From Methyloversatilis discipulorum (GTDB taxonomy: Bacteria > Armatimonadota > Fimbriimonadia > Fimbriimonadales > Fimbriimonadaceae): 64,000 bases of DNA. The notes beneath the pieces were generated by a model. It was not told where the DNA came from. It saw only the letters and a list, made by a program, of their open reading frames with translations, and did no database searches. The DNA lies in NCBI GenBank assembly GCA_943371575.1, contig CALRVI020000001.1, forward strand, positions 103,953-167,952. Reading direction: 5' to 3'. The translations under genes and the position numbers were made by a program. Below are positions 27,986 through 37,393 of this stretch, in pieces; position 1 is the first letter of the stretch, and every line of letters starts with the position of its first letter.

Positions 27986-28669
27986 GTGATGAAACGGGCC
28001 GTGGTGTTGCTGAGTGGAGGCCTCGATTCCGCTACCGTCCTCGCGATGGCCCAGGATCGGGGTGTGGAATGTCACTGTCTCACCGTGTCTTACGGGCAGC
28101 GGCACCACCACGAACTAGAGTGCGCCAAACGGGTCGCCGAAGCCCTCGGCGCGGCCAGTCATCGAGAGTTCTCGATTCCCCTGAACCAGTTTGGAGGCAG
28201 TGCCCTCACCGCCGATATCGACGTCCCCAAGGATTCTCTCGCCGAAGGGATTCCCGTCACCTACGTCCCCGCCCGCAACACCGTGATGCTCAGCGTCGCC
28301 CTTGCCTACGCCGAAGTGACGGGAGCGACCGAGATCCATATCGGCGTCAACGCGGTGGACTACTCCGGCTACCCCGACTGCCGCCCCGAGTTTGTCGAAG
28401 CCTTCGAAAAGCTCGCCCAAATCGCCACGAAGGCTGGGGTCGAAGGGACCGAAATGACGATTCATGCCCCCCTGATCCACCTCACCAAGGTGCAAATCAT
28501 CGAAGAAGGACTGAAACGAGGCGTGGACTACAGACTCACGAGTTCTTGCTATGACCCCCTGCCGAGCGGTCATGCGTGTGGCCACTGTGATTCCTGCCTG
28601 ATCCGGGGTGCCGCGTTCGCCGAACTCGGCCGCCGCGACCCCGCCCTCGCCCCGGAGCCGGAGGCATGA
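27986..28669 (+). CDS. queC: 7-cyano-7-deazaguanine synthase
   Basis: [17 protein letters not shown] (PP-loop SGGxDS) and the C-terminal zinc motif [20 protein letters not shown]. Confidence 0.9.
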   Translation: MMKRAVVLLSGGLDSATVLAMAQDRGVECHCLTVSYGQRHHHELECAKRVAEALGAASHREFSIPLNQFGGSALTADIDVPKDSLAEGIPVTYVPARNTVMLSVALAYAEVTGATEIHIGVNAVDYSGYPDCRPEFVEAFEKLAQIATKAGVEGTEMTIHAPLIHLTKVQIIEEGLKRGVDYRLTSSCYDPLPSGHACGHCDSCLIRGAAFAELGRRDPALAPEPEA

Positions 28670-29370
28670 GCAAGCTCCGGATCAGCGAGATCTTCGCGAG
28701 CCTCCAAGGCGAAGGCGAGCTCATGGGAACGCCGAGCACCTTTGTCCGCACCAGCGGATGCAACCTCCGCTGCGTCTGGTGCGATACCCCCTACGCCAGC
28801 TGGTCGCCCGAGGGGCCAGTGATGGATCTCAGCGAGATCCTCCAGATCATCGAGCAAAACGGCCACAAGCACGTGGTTCTCACCGGCGGCGAGCCGATGA
28901 TCTTCGCCCCTCTGGTGGAGCTCACCCAGGAACTTCGGGCGAGAGGCCACCACATCACCATCGAAACTGCGGGCACTGTGGATCTCCCCGTCGAGTGCGA
29001 CCTCATGTCGATCAGCCCGAAGCTCTCTCACTCCGCCCCGCCACCAGAAACCCCGGATAACTGGCACGAACGCCACGAGTCCTCACGGCTGAAACCCGAA
29101 ACCCTCCGTGCATTGATCCAGCGATACGGCTACCAACTCAAGTTCGTTGTCGATGGCGCAAACCCTGATCGAGACCTCATCGAAATCCAGGCCCTTCTGG
29201 CGCAACTAGGCGATATCCCCGCCGAGAAAGTGTTTCTCATGCCAGAAGGCCGCGATGAAATCGCCCTGCGCCAAGCCATGCAGGCTCTCTCGCCGATCTG
29301 CATGAGCCACGGCTACCGCCTGGCTCCCCGACTGCAAATCACCCTCTATGGGGACACGCGGGGCACTTGA
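28666..29370 (+). CDS. queE: 7-carboxy-7-deazaguanine synthase (radical SAM)
   Basis: [40 protein letters not shown] (QueE CxxxCxxC radical-SAM cluster context). ATGA overlap with queC. Confidence 0.85.
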   Translation: MSKLRISEIFASLQGEGELMGTPSTFVRTSGCNLRCVWCDTPYASWSPEGPVMDLSEILQIIEQNGHKHVVLTGGEPMIFAPLVELTQELRARGHHITIETAGTVDLPVECDLMSISPKLSHSAPPPETPDNWHERHESSRLKPETLRALIQRYGYQLKFVVDGANPDRDLIEIQALLAQLGDIPAEKVFLMPEGRDEIALRQAMQALSPICMSHGYRLAPRLQITLYGDTRGT

Positions 29371-29431
29371 TCGGAAATCCTGCTCCGATCCCGGCAAACC
29401 TGTCGTACCATAAATCCACACGAGGGCTGAT

Positions 29432-30127
29432 ATGAGTAAACCGATTGTCTCGCTGACCTACGATGGCACCCTTCCTGGTCATCTTGAGGTCGTGGTGCCT
29501 CAGTTGCAGACCTTCGGACTCCTCGGAACCTTTTACGCCGACCCGGCCTCGCTCCTCGACGACTACCCCGCGTGGAATCGTGCGGCCCTCTCCGGGCACG
29601 AGATCGGCAACGGAGCCCTCATCGGCGCGGCTCTCCCCGATGGTTCGCTCCCCGCTTGGACGGAGGAGATGATCTGCGACGACCTCAGCGAAGCCGACGA
29701 TCTCATCGAAGAGCTGTTCCCCGAGCAAGCTTCCCACAGCATCGGTCTGCCGTGGGGGAAAGCTCTGTGCAGCAATGACCAGCCGTACCTCGCGGCGATT
29801 GCGGGAAGCCACCCTGTGATCCGCACCGGCGAGCCTGGGCTCAACAAGCCAAACCAAACCAACCTCCACGCTCTGCGCATGGTGCCAATGGAAGACCTGG
29901 AAGCCGACCAAATGATCGAAGCTGTCCGGATCGGTATCCAGCACCAAGCCTGGGTGATTCTCGCCTTCGAAGGAGTCGGCGAAGGCCATCGAGCCATCGA
30001 TTCCGAGTGCCACCGGAGACTCCTCGGATTCCTCAAAATGTCCAGCGATCTCATCGAAGTCGCCCCCGTCATCCACGCGGCGTCGCGATTCGGGCAGGGT
30101 CAGTGGAGTGAAGTCTCGGTTCGTTAG
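29432..30127 (+). CDS. Polysaccharide deacetylase (NodB-homology) family protein
   Basis: VSLTYDGTLPGH, GTFYADP and SGHEIGNGAL follow the TFDD/HE-x-x-H-like layout of the NodB-fold family. Confidence 0.5.
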   Translation: MSKPIVSLTYDGTLPGHLEVVVPQLQTFGLLGTFYADPASLLDDYPAWNRAALSGHEIGNGALIGAALPDGSLPAWTEEMICDDLSEADDLIEELFPEQASHSIGLPWGKALCSNDQPYLAAIAGSHPVIRTGEPGLNKPNQTNLHALRMVPMEDLEADQMIEAVRIGIQHQAWVILAFEGVGEGHRAIDSECHRRLLGFLKMSSDLIEVAPVIHAASRFGQGQWSEVSVR

Positions 30128-30176
30128 AGCGGCGTTTCGAGCGAGAAAGACGCGAAATCAGGCAAACTGAATCACC

Positions 30177-32234
30177 TTGGAGCCGACCCGCCACGAGTTT
30201 TTGTTCCAGTCCGGAACGCTGCCGAAGGCCATCTTCTACATCCTGACCTTTCTCTCGATCGGCATCATGATGTGGCAGTTCGCCGGTCGCGCCCGGTTTT
30301 GGATGAAGGGCAAAAAGCTCACCTGGCGGCCCGATTACATCAGCGGGATTGTCACCTACATCCTCGCTCAGCGCAAGGTGATGGGCAGCCGCCCGAAAGA
30401 CGGCGCGCCTCTCCACTTGATGATTTTCTATGGGTTCCTGTCGCTGTTCATCGCGACAACCCTGCTCGCCATCGCCACCTATGGCCCGCTCATCGGCCTT
30501 CCCAACTGGCACCGAGGCAGCTACTACCTTGCATACGAAACGATCTTCGATGCCTTGGGATTGCTGTTCATCGTCGGCGTCGCATGGGCGTATTTGCGCC
30601 GCCGAAGGCTCTCTGCTGAGCGAGGCGAACCCACGCGCGATCCCGTCACCGGCAAACTCGCCCGATCAAGCAACCCCATCACGACGGAGTGGAAAGACTT
30701 CGCCGCTCTCGGACTGCTGTTTGTGCTCGGAATCACCGGCTACGTCCTCGAAGGGGCCCGCATCGCCGCGAACCCTCAGCCCTGGGATCACTATTCGTTT
30801 GTCGGATACGGCCTGGCTCAGCTGATGCCCGGCCTCTCTCCGACCGGCTACGTGGCGATTTGGTGGTTCCACATGGTCGTGGTGTGGGCGTTCTTCATCG
30901 CCTTGCCCCATATGAGGCTGAAGCACATCGTCGTTGCGACTCTGACGGCGGCGGGAGACCCGAAAAAGCCGATGGGCGCGCTCCCTGCCGTGGACATGGC
31001 GGATTTCGCCGACACGGGATCCATGGGAGCGGCGGAAGCCAAAGACTACTCCCGCTGGCACCTGATGTCGCTGGATGCCTGCATGAGCTGCGGTCGGTGC
31101 ACCGAAGTCTGCCCGGCCTACGGCGCAGGCAAGATTCTCAATCCCAAGCAGGTGGTTCAAGATATCCATCGCACCCTCACCATCGGCGAGAACGTTCCCG
31201 CCACGGTCAGCGAGGATGCGCTCTGGGCTTGCACCACATGCAACGCCTGCGTGGAAGCTTGCCCGGTGCTCATCCGTCACGTGGATCTCATCGTCGATGC
31301 CCGCCGAAACCTGGTGAGCGAAGGCCGACTGAGCGGCAGTGGTTCGCTCGTTCTCAAGCAGATCGGCGGCACGGGTTCCGCGTGGGGCCAAGCCGCAAGT
31401 TCGCGGGAAGAGTGGATGAAGGGCATGGATATCCCTCTCTGCCGAGATGGGGAATCGTTCGACGTCCTCTTCTGGGTGGGATGCGCGGGCGCGATGGATC
31501 CTGCCGCCGTGCGGACCACCAAAGCCATGGCCCGCCTGATGCAAAAAGCCGGAATCCGCTTCGCCTGTCTTGGCGAAGAAGAATCGTGCACCGGCGACCC
31601 GGCGCGTCGGATTGGCGACGAAACCACATTCGTCACTCAGGCAGAGCACAACCAAAAAGTGTTTGCCAAGTACGGCGTCACGAAAATCGTCACCGCCTGC
31701 CCCCACTGCCTGAACACCCTCGGCAACGAATACGGCGATTTCGGGGCGAGGCTCCAGGTGCTCCACCACACCCAGCTCTTGGATGACTTGATCGCAGAAG
31801 GGCGGTTGAAGCCTGCCTCTCTCCTCCCCGGATCGACCACTTATCACGACCCCTGCTACCTCGCTCGGATCAACAACATCAGCGATGCCCCGCGTCGATT
31901 GGTCGGCCAAAGCGGCAATCACGACGACCCCACCCCTCTGCTCCTCAAAACCCTGGCCTCCGGCGACGACGAGACGATCTTTGCCGAGCCAGAGCACCAC
32001 GCCCGCAAGACTCTGTGCTGCGGCGCGGGCGGCGGTCGGATGTGGATGGAAGAAGAGCCCAACCAGCGTCCTGGCGAAAAGCGCGCGCAGGAGCTTTTGG
32101 CCACAGGAGCCAAAGAGGTCGCTGTGAGCTGTCCCTTCTGCCGCATCATGCTGGATGCCAGCGTGAAACAAGCGACCGATGAGGAGATCAACCTCGTCGA
32201 TCTTGCCGAATTGGTGGAGCGGGCCAACTCATGA
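30177..32234 (+). CDS. Membrane-bound (Fe-S) oxidoreductase: NarI/HdrE-like polytopic N-domain fused to 2x[4Fe-4S] + two CCG domains (HdrD/GlcF/DsrK-like)
   Basis: N-terminal ~260 aa have 5-6 TM helices with conserved His. These are followed by CMSCGRCTEVCP and CTTCNACVEACP ferredoxin motifs, then CCG-type motifs WVGCAG...ACLG.EESCTGD and CPHCLNTLG...CCGAGGG. TTG start at 30177. Confidence 0.8.
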   Translation: MEPTRHEFLFQSGTLPKAIFYILTFLSIGIMMWQFAGRARFWMKGKKLTWRPDYISGIVTYILAQRKVMGSRPKDGAPLHLMIFYGFLSLFIATTLLAIATYGPLIGLPNWHRGSYYLAYETIFDALGLLFIVGVAWAYLRRRRLSAERGEPTRDPVTGKLARSSNPITTEWKDFAALGLLFVLGITGYVLEGARIAANPQPWDHYSFVGYGLAQLMPGLSPTGYVAIWWFHMVVVWAFFIALPHMRLKHIVVATLTAAGDPKKPMGALPAVDMADFADTGSMGAAEAKDYSRWHLMSLDACMSCGRCTEVCPAYGAGKILNPKQVVQDIHRTLTIGENVPATVSEDALWACTTCNACVEACPVLIRHVDLIVDARRNLVSEGRLSGSGSLVLKQIGGTGSAWGQAASSREEWMKGMDIPLCRDGESFDVLFWVGCAGAMDPAAVRTTKAMARLMQKAGIRFACLGEEESCTGDPARRIGDETTFVTQAEHNQKVFAKYGVTKIVTACPHCLNTLGNEYGDFGARLQVLHHTQLLDDLIAEGRLKPASLLPGSTTYHDPCYLARINNISDAPRRLVGQSGNHDDPTPLLLKTLASGDDETIFAEPEHHARKTLCCGAGGGRMWMEEEPNQRPGEKRAQELLATGAKEVAVSCPFCRIMLDASVKQATDEEINLVDLAELVERANS

Positions 32235-32566
32235 TCCTGGGCGTGGGGATCGACCTGGTGGAGATCACGCGGATTGAAGCCGCGATGAACATCGATGGCT
32301 TCGCCGAGCGCATTCTCACCGATGGCGAGCGAGAGCGAAAGCTCTCCATTCACTACGTCGCCGGACGCTGGGCGGCCAAGGAGGCGGCGAAGAAGGTGAT
32401 TCCCGCCCTGAATTCCTGGCATCAAATCGAGGTTCTGACCGCCGAATCGGGTGCGCCCTACGCGGTGATTCATGGCGGCGCACTCGCCCCCGGCATGAAG
32501 CTGCACCTCTCAATTTCCCACGATGCACGCTTTGCCGTCGCCGTCGCGATTCTCGAATCCGTTTGA
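32231..32566 (+). CDS. acpS: Holo-[acyl-carrier-protein] synthase
   Basis: MILGVGIDLVEITRIE...RWAAKEAAKK...ISISHD, the canonical AcpS layout; 111 aa. Confidence 0.85.
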   Translation: MILGVGIDLVEITRIEAAMNIDGFAERILTDGERERKLSIHYVAGRWAAKEAAKKVIPALNSWHQIEVLTAESGAPYAVIHGGALAPGMKLHLSISHDARFAVAVAILESV

Positions 32567-32576
32567 GTGTGTAGGG

Positions 32577-35381
32577 TTAGGAAACCGCCGCTTGAAGAGC
32601 CGCAATGCCTGCGGCAATCGCTTCATCGACCTTGCTGGCATCCCGACCGCCTGCCGTCGCGAAGTTCGGCGCGCCTCCTCCTCCGCCGCCCGTGACCTGA
32701 GCCACGGTTTTGACCAAATCCCCCGCCTTCGCCCCTGCCTTCAGAGCATCCGGTCCGACTTTGGCGACAAAAGTGACCTTCCCGCCCGCCACATTCACAA
32801 TGAGAGCGACCGCGGTCGGCTTCCCATCCACCAAACGGTCAGAAATTGCTTTCGCATCTGCCGGATCCGCATCTTCCAGCTTTTGAACAAAGAGGTTCAC
32901 TTTGCCGAGATTGTGTTCCTCAGCCGCGCTCGCTCCCGCGCCTTGCTGGGCGAGCTTTTCACGCTTCTTACGCTCCTCGCGCAGGGTGTCGAGAGTTTTT
33001 TCGATGCTGGCAATCAGCTCGTGGGGATTGGTTTTGAGCTTTGCGGAGGCAACATGAAGAGTCTCCAACTGCAGATTCAGCCAATCAACCGCCTTGGTAC
33101 CCGTGACCGCCGTGATCCGCCGCACTCCGCTCGCCGCGCTGCTTTCGTGGAGAATCTTGAAGAGCCCAATCTCGCCGGTGTTCGTAACGTGAATCCCCCC
33201 ACAAAGCTCCCGACTGAAGCTCGGCTGACCCGGATCCATGGTACCGACCTGCACCACGCGTACGCGATCTGCGTACTTTTCGCCGAACAGAGCCATCGCG
33301 CCCATCCTGCGGGCATCATCGAGCGGCACATCCTCGTAAGTGACCATGCCCTGCGCGGCAAGAATTTGCTCGGTCACCGTCTGCTCCACCGCCGCAATCT
33401 CTTCGCGTGACATGCCTGCGCCGTGGGTGAAGTCGAATCGCAGCACATCCGGCGCCACCATCGATCCCGCCTGAGTCACATGAGTGCCCAGATGCTGACG
33501 AAGCGCGGCATGCATGAGGTGAGTGGCCGTATGGTGCCGAGTGACCTCCTTGCGCCTCGTGCGATCCACAATCGCCTGAACCTTTTGGTTGAAGAACGCT
33601 TCTTGCAGTTTGGCTTTCGCCGCTTCGTCACCCAAGCCAACCGGATTGGACCCACTCATGACCTCGACGAGGTGGATGAAGACGCCGTCTTGCTTGGTGA
33701 CGTCAACCACTTTGAGCTCAAATCCCTCGCCCAGGATGCGCCCGGTATCGGAGACTTGGCCGCCGCTCTCCGCGTAAAACGGAGTCTGATCGAGTGCTAA
33801 AACGAACTCGCTGCTCGATTCGCCCCCTTCCACCATCGGGTGAGTTCCCGTAATCGTCGCTTCCGATTCCGTCGCGGCGTATCCCAAGAACTTCGTGGAG
33901 GTCGCCTTGTCATCGCCCTGGGTAAACACGGCAAGGATGCCGACCCCGCCATAGACCGTGTCCATGCCACTGCTTGCCCGGGATCGTTCCTGGGCTTCCG
34001 CCATGGCGGCGCGATATCCCTCGACGTCCACGCTGACTCCGGCTTCCGCGCAGAGTTCCTGGGTCACTTCGAGCGGGAACCCGAAGGTGTCGTAGAGCAT
34101 AAACGCCATATCCCCCGCCAGAGGCGTGGACTTGGCCTTGCTTCCGCCGCGCCAGGCCGCCAGCAGGTCTTCCAACCGCTCGCTCCCCGCTTCCAAAGTG
34201 CGCCGAAACTGCGCTTCCTCGTTGCGAAGAGTCTCTTCGATCACCGGACGACGATCGACTAACTCATGATAGTGCCCGCCAAAGTTCGCGACCACTGCCT
34301 CGACCAATTGGTGAAGAAAAGCATCTTCAAACTTGAGGACACGCACGCCCTTTAGCACCGCACGACGCAGAAGTCGGCGCAGAACGTATCCGCGTCCAGT
34401 ATTCGATGGAAGAATGCCATCCGCGATGCAGAAACACGCCGCGCGGAGGTGGTCGCCGATGATCCGCATCGCCCGCATCGACTCCTCATCCGACCCGTAG
34501 GCCGGAGCCCCCAAGCCTTCCATCGCCCGGAAAATCGGCTGAAACGCATCGGTGTCATACACACTGCGGAACCCGTTGAGCACCGCGACGGTGCGCTCGA
34601 TCCCCATGCCGGTGTCGATGCTCTTGAACGGCAGATCCGGCATCGCCTTCTTAGCGTATCCCTGATCCGGCCGCGCGGGATCCTTTAGATCGCCTTGCCA
34701 CTCGTATTGAATGAAGACATCGTTCCAAATCTCCAGCCACTTGCCCTCGGCTTCATCGCGCAGGTAGTGGTCTTTGGTGTAAGGACCGGTTGGCGGAGCC
34801 TCCGTGCCAGTCCAATAGAACATCTCACTATTCGGCCCGCACGGCCCCGGAGGGCCTTTGCTGAAAGCTCCGGCAGGCCAATAGTTGGTGTCTTCGTCCA
34901 TCCGGAAGATGCGCGATTCAGGATCAATCCCTGCCGCGCTGAGGAGTGCTGACCATTTGGTGAAAGCCTCATCGTCCTCGCTGAACACGGTGAAGGCCAG
35001 CCTCTTTGGATCAAGGCCCAGCCACTCCGGGCTCGTCAGGAACTCCCATGAGAACTCAATTGCTTGCCCCTTGAAGTAATCGCCAAAGCTGAAATTGCCC
35101 AGCATTTCGAAGAAGGTGAGGTGGCTGTCATCGCCCACTTCGTCGATATCCCCGGTGCGCAGGCACTTCTGGCTGGTGGTCAGCCGCTTGCTCGCCGGTT
35201 CGGCTACGCCTCGGAAGTAAGGCTTGAACTGCACCATCCCCGCGCCGTTGAAGAGGAGCGATTCATCCAGGCGTCCTGTGACATCGAACGGAATGAGCGA
35301 CCCACTCGGGTGCTCACTGTGTCCCTTCGAGATGAAGAAGTCAAGGTATTTCCGGCGCAGCTCCTGGACGGTCATGTGCAA
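32577..35381 (-). CDS. alaS: Alanine--tRNA ligase
   Basis: LRRKYLDFFISKGH, FTNAGM-like FNGAGMVQFKP, the editing-domain HTATHLMHAALR and CGGIHV motifs, and a C-terminal DHHA1-like GGGGGAPNFATAGG. Confidence 0.95.
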   Translation of the reverse strand: MHMTVQELRRKYLDFFISKGHSEHPSGSLIPFDVTGRLDESLLFNGAGMVQFKPYFRGVAEPASKRLTTSQKCLRTGDIDEVGDDSHLTFFEMLGNFSFGDYFKGQAIEFSWEFLTSPEWLGLDPKRLAFTVFSEDDEAFTKWSALLSAAGIDPESRIFRMDEDTNYWPAGAFSKGPPGPCGPNSEMFYWTGTEAPPTGPYTKDHYLRDEAEGKWLEIWNDVFIQYEWQGDLKDPARPDQGYAKKAMPDLPFKSIDTGMGIERTVAVLNGFRSVYDTDAFQPIFRAMEGLGAPAYGSDEESMRAMRIIGDHLRAACFCIADGILPSNTGRGYVLRRLLRRAVLKGVRVLKFEDAFLHQLVEAVVANFGGHYHELVDRRPVIEETLRNEEAQFRRTLEAGSERLEDLLAAWRGGSKAKSTPLAGDMAFMLYDTFGFPLEVTQELCAEAGVSVDVEGYRAAMAEAQERSRASSGMDTVYGGVGILAVFTQGDDKATSTKFLGYAATESEATITGTHPMVEGGESSSEFVLALDQTPFYAESGGQVSDTGRILGEGFELKVVDVTKQDGVFIHLVEVMSGSNPVGLGDEAAKAKLQEAFFNQKVQAIVDRTRRKEVTRHHTATHLMHAALRQHLGTHVTQAGSMVAPDVLRFDFTHGAGMSREEIAAVEQTVTEQILAAQGMVTYEDVPLDDARRMGAMALFGEKYADRVRVVQVGTMDPGQPSFSRELCGGIHVTNTGEIGLFKILHESSAASGVRRITAVTGTKAVDWLNLQLETLHVASAKLKTNPHELIASIEKTLDTLREERKKREKLAQQGAGASAAEEHNLGKVNLFVQKLEDADPADAKAISDRLVDGKPTAVALIVNVAGGKVTFVAKVGPDALKAGAKAGDLVKTVAQVTGGGGGGAPNFATAGGRDASKVDEAIAAGIAALQAAVS

Positions 35382-35698
35382 CCGTCATGGTACCAGGGGG
35401 CGATAGGGGTGAGGTCGGGAAGTGTGGAGCTTGCAAGTTGATCCAAAAAGAATGACTGGCCGTGTTCATCCCCATTCGATGTCGGTATCGCTACGCGGGT
35501 TTCTTGAATAATGAGTGAAAATCTGATATACTTTATCCGTTCCGGGCAGCCAGAGCAGGAAGAAAGCGCTAGGCTCGTCAGCCGATGTGAAAGCCTCTTG
35601 TCGTGGGAGTTTATCTCGGCCTGGTTCCAGCCCGAAGGGATATCTCTATACTTGGTATCCATCGGAGCAGAAAGTGGGCGAAATCGGGGAACAAGGCG

Positions 35699-36568
35699 AT
35701 GATCATTGAGAAATTACTTGACATCTTTTGCGATACTGCTTTAGAGCAAGCGAGAGAAGTTGCCTCCAATGATCCGCTCATCGAGTCTCTTCGCGAGACG
35801 ATCGAGCAATGGAATTCGAACCTTCCTGTAGGCGCTCGCATAGAGGCGACGTATTCGTTGTTGCCGCAGGGCATGGCTTCTTCAGACGGAAGACTTCCGG
35901 CTTTAGGTGATCTACGTGCGAGAATTTGCGTGGGACAGCTACCAGCTGTAAGTGATTGGCTGCGCGCCCTCTTTGAACGGTGGCATCAAGTTAGAACCAC
36001 TGTTACTGATCCAGCCCCTTTCTTTACACAACCGGAGGACTGGGTGGTTGCCCAACTAGAGGTTCTTGCCAGATCGCTCCATGATTGTTGCGCTAGAGAC
36101 TGGACAAGGTTTGGCAATTCAATCTACTCCGACATTGTTGACCTCAAAGGTAGGTTGGAGGCGCTGCAAGACATTGAGAATCCAGAAGACCCCCTGCAGG
36201 TGGCGCTAAGCCGGTTTCTGCCGAAGGATTCCATTCGCGAGGATCACATTAAGGTTCTATTACGGCTGAGTCAGTTTGGAGGAGAGTGCTTTATTGCTGC
36301 CCCCGAGGGTGACTACGAGTGCCTACATATGCCCTCGGCCGTGGACTGGATGATGTGGGGATGGGAGCGCCGGCCGGCTTACATAGCCGGAACAGACAAA
36401 AATCCGGGAAGCAGATCAAATCGTCTTAGATGGATATTGGTGATAGACGATCTCGAGGAGCTCGGGCTCCTGCAAAAAGACGTTGAAGAAAAAATCGTAG
36501 TATTCAGGTTGACGGCGATAGGCTGGCGGTTAGGGAATGAACTCCAGCGGCTGCTGCCGTCGCATTGA
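35699..36568 (+). CDS. Hypothetical protein (AT-richer than flanking core genes)
   Basis: 289-aa ORF from ATG 35699 (open from 35603) with coding-like composition and no recognisable motif. Only plus-strand gene in the accessory region. Confidence 0.4.
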   Translation: MIIEKLLDIFCDTALEQAREVASNDPLIESLRETIEQWNSNLPVGARIEATYSLLPQGMASSDGRLPALGDLRARICVGQLPAVSDWLRALFERWHQVRTTVTDPAPFFTQPEDWVVAQLEVLARSLHDCCARDWTRFGNSIYSDIVDLKGRLEALQDIENPEDPLQVALSRFLPKDSIREDHIKVLLRLSQFGGECFIAAPEGDYECLHMPSAVDWMMWGWERRPAYIAGTDKNPGSRSNRLRWILVIDDLEELGLLQKDVEEKIVVFRLTAIGWRLGNELQRLLPSH

Positions 36569-36608
36569 ATTTTTAGTGCTGAAACTTGATAACCGCCACA
36601 AACAAAAA

Positions 36609-36656
36609 TGGAGCCCCCGACGAGAATTGAACTCGATGTTTTCCCTTCCAGGGGGT
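36609..36656 (-). other. tRNA 3'-half-like fragment (T-arm + acceptor 3' strand + CCA), possible integration-site remnant
   Basis: The minus strand reads ...ACCCCCTGGAAGGGAAAACATCGAG-TTCAATT-CTCGT-CGGGGGC-T-CCA. It has a CGAG/CTCG stem, a 7-nt T-loop matching TTCRANN with the G53-C61 pair, a 7-nt acceptor strand, a discriminator and an encoded CCA. No complementary GCCCCCG 5' acceptor strand lies at tRNA distance, so this is not an intact tRNA. Confidence 0.4.
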
Positions 36657-36781
36657 GACACTCGCATTTCTGCATTGAACCTGTCAGGTTGCCAGCCATG
36701 CGTCTAGGGGTGACAGGGGTTCAGACCATCCTGCAGAGCTCAGTAGAGTGCTCTCGACGCTCCTGGGGAACACCCCTGGAA

Positions 36782-36964
36782 CTATCCAACGCCATCTCCT
36801 TCGTGGTACCTCGTCTTCACGCCCGCCCGGTTCTCACTCGAGGGAGTAAAGCTCGCCGAACCATCGCACAGAACCGGCGCAGTCACGCCCACGCCGTTGC
36901 GACGAACCGAGCGTGAGCCCAGCGAATCCACCACACCCAACTGCGAGTCGAAATCTTCGCAGAA
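36782..36964 (-). pseudogene. Orphan remnant of an RHS core (truncated)
   Basis: Minus-strand translation FDSQLGVVDSLGSRSVRRNGVGVTAPVLCDGSASF... parallels LDTRVGVVDSLGSRSIRRNGVGVTAPVLGDGLARY of the main RHS gene. Nucleotides ~36855-36950 align with ~38313-38408 at roughly four in five positions. The frame stops after 57 codons. Confidence 0.7.
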
Positions 36965-37078
36965 CTAGCTTACGTCATAACCAGTTCGAGATTCTGAGAT
37001 CAGCTGAACACCAAGGTCTCAATCGTTTTGCGTGATGGAATATCTACATCTCTATTTCTGCAGGGGTCAGCCGGCTGT

Positions 37079-37393
37079 TTACTTTTCTTCCGCCATGAGT
37101 CGTGGATAGTAAATCCACCAGAAGAGGAGAGAAATACAGACAAGCGGAGCATGAATCGCTAAAAGAGATAGCTTCTCTAAAGGCTCAGCCGGCCCGCGTG
37201 GCTCTCCATGCACGGCTTGAAAGATTGCGAGACTCAGACCAGCAGGGCTGAGAAGCGATGGAATTGGAGGAATAGGGGAGACAGATGTCTCCTTCCCATT
37301 CCTCCTAGATCTTCCACATAGATAAACGTAGAGCATGAAACAAAGATCTATGAAAACCCATCCAAGCAGGCCGAACAATATTCTTTCGATCAT
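37079..37393 (-). CDS. Small integral membrane protein, candidate immunity protein for the RHS toxin
   Basis: 104 aa with three to four hydrophobic helices (ILFGLLGWVFIDLCFMLYVYL, LSLAIFQAV, LLAIHAPLVCISLLFWWIYY). Its start overlaps the RHS stop by 4 nt (37390-37393), the usual toxin-immunity arrangement. Confidence 0.5.
   Translation of the reverse strand: MIERILFGLLGWVFIDLCFMLYVYLCGRSRRNGKETSVSPIPPIPSLLSPAGLSLAIFQAVHGEPRGPAEPLEKLSLLAIHAPLVCISLLFWWIYYPRLMAEEK

Noticed and set aside
36379-36699. 106-aa minus-strand ORF that could be an orphan immunity gene after the RHS remnant.
   Set aside because: - It overlaps the 3' end of the plus-strand ORF 35699-36568.
- It runs through the tRNA-like fragment.
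- It is Ser/Cys-rich with no membrane or globular character.
36609-36700. Intact tRNA gene on the minus strand.
   Set aside because: The T-arm, acceptor 3' strand and CCA are convincing. However, no complementary 5' acceptor strand, D-arm or 5-bp anticodon stem can be placed at 73-90 nt. Only a 3' fragment is supportable.
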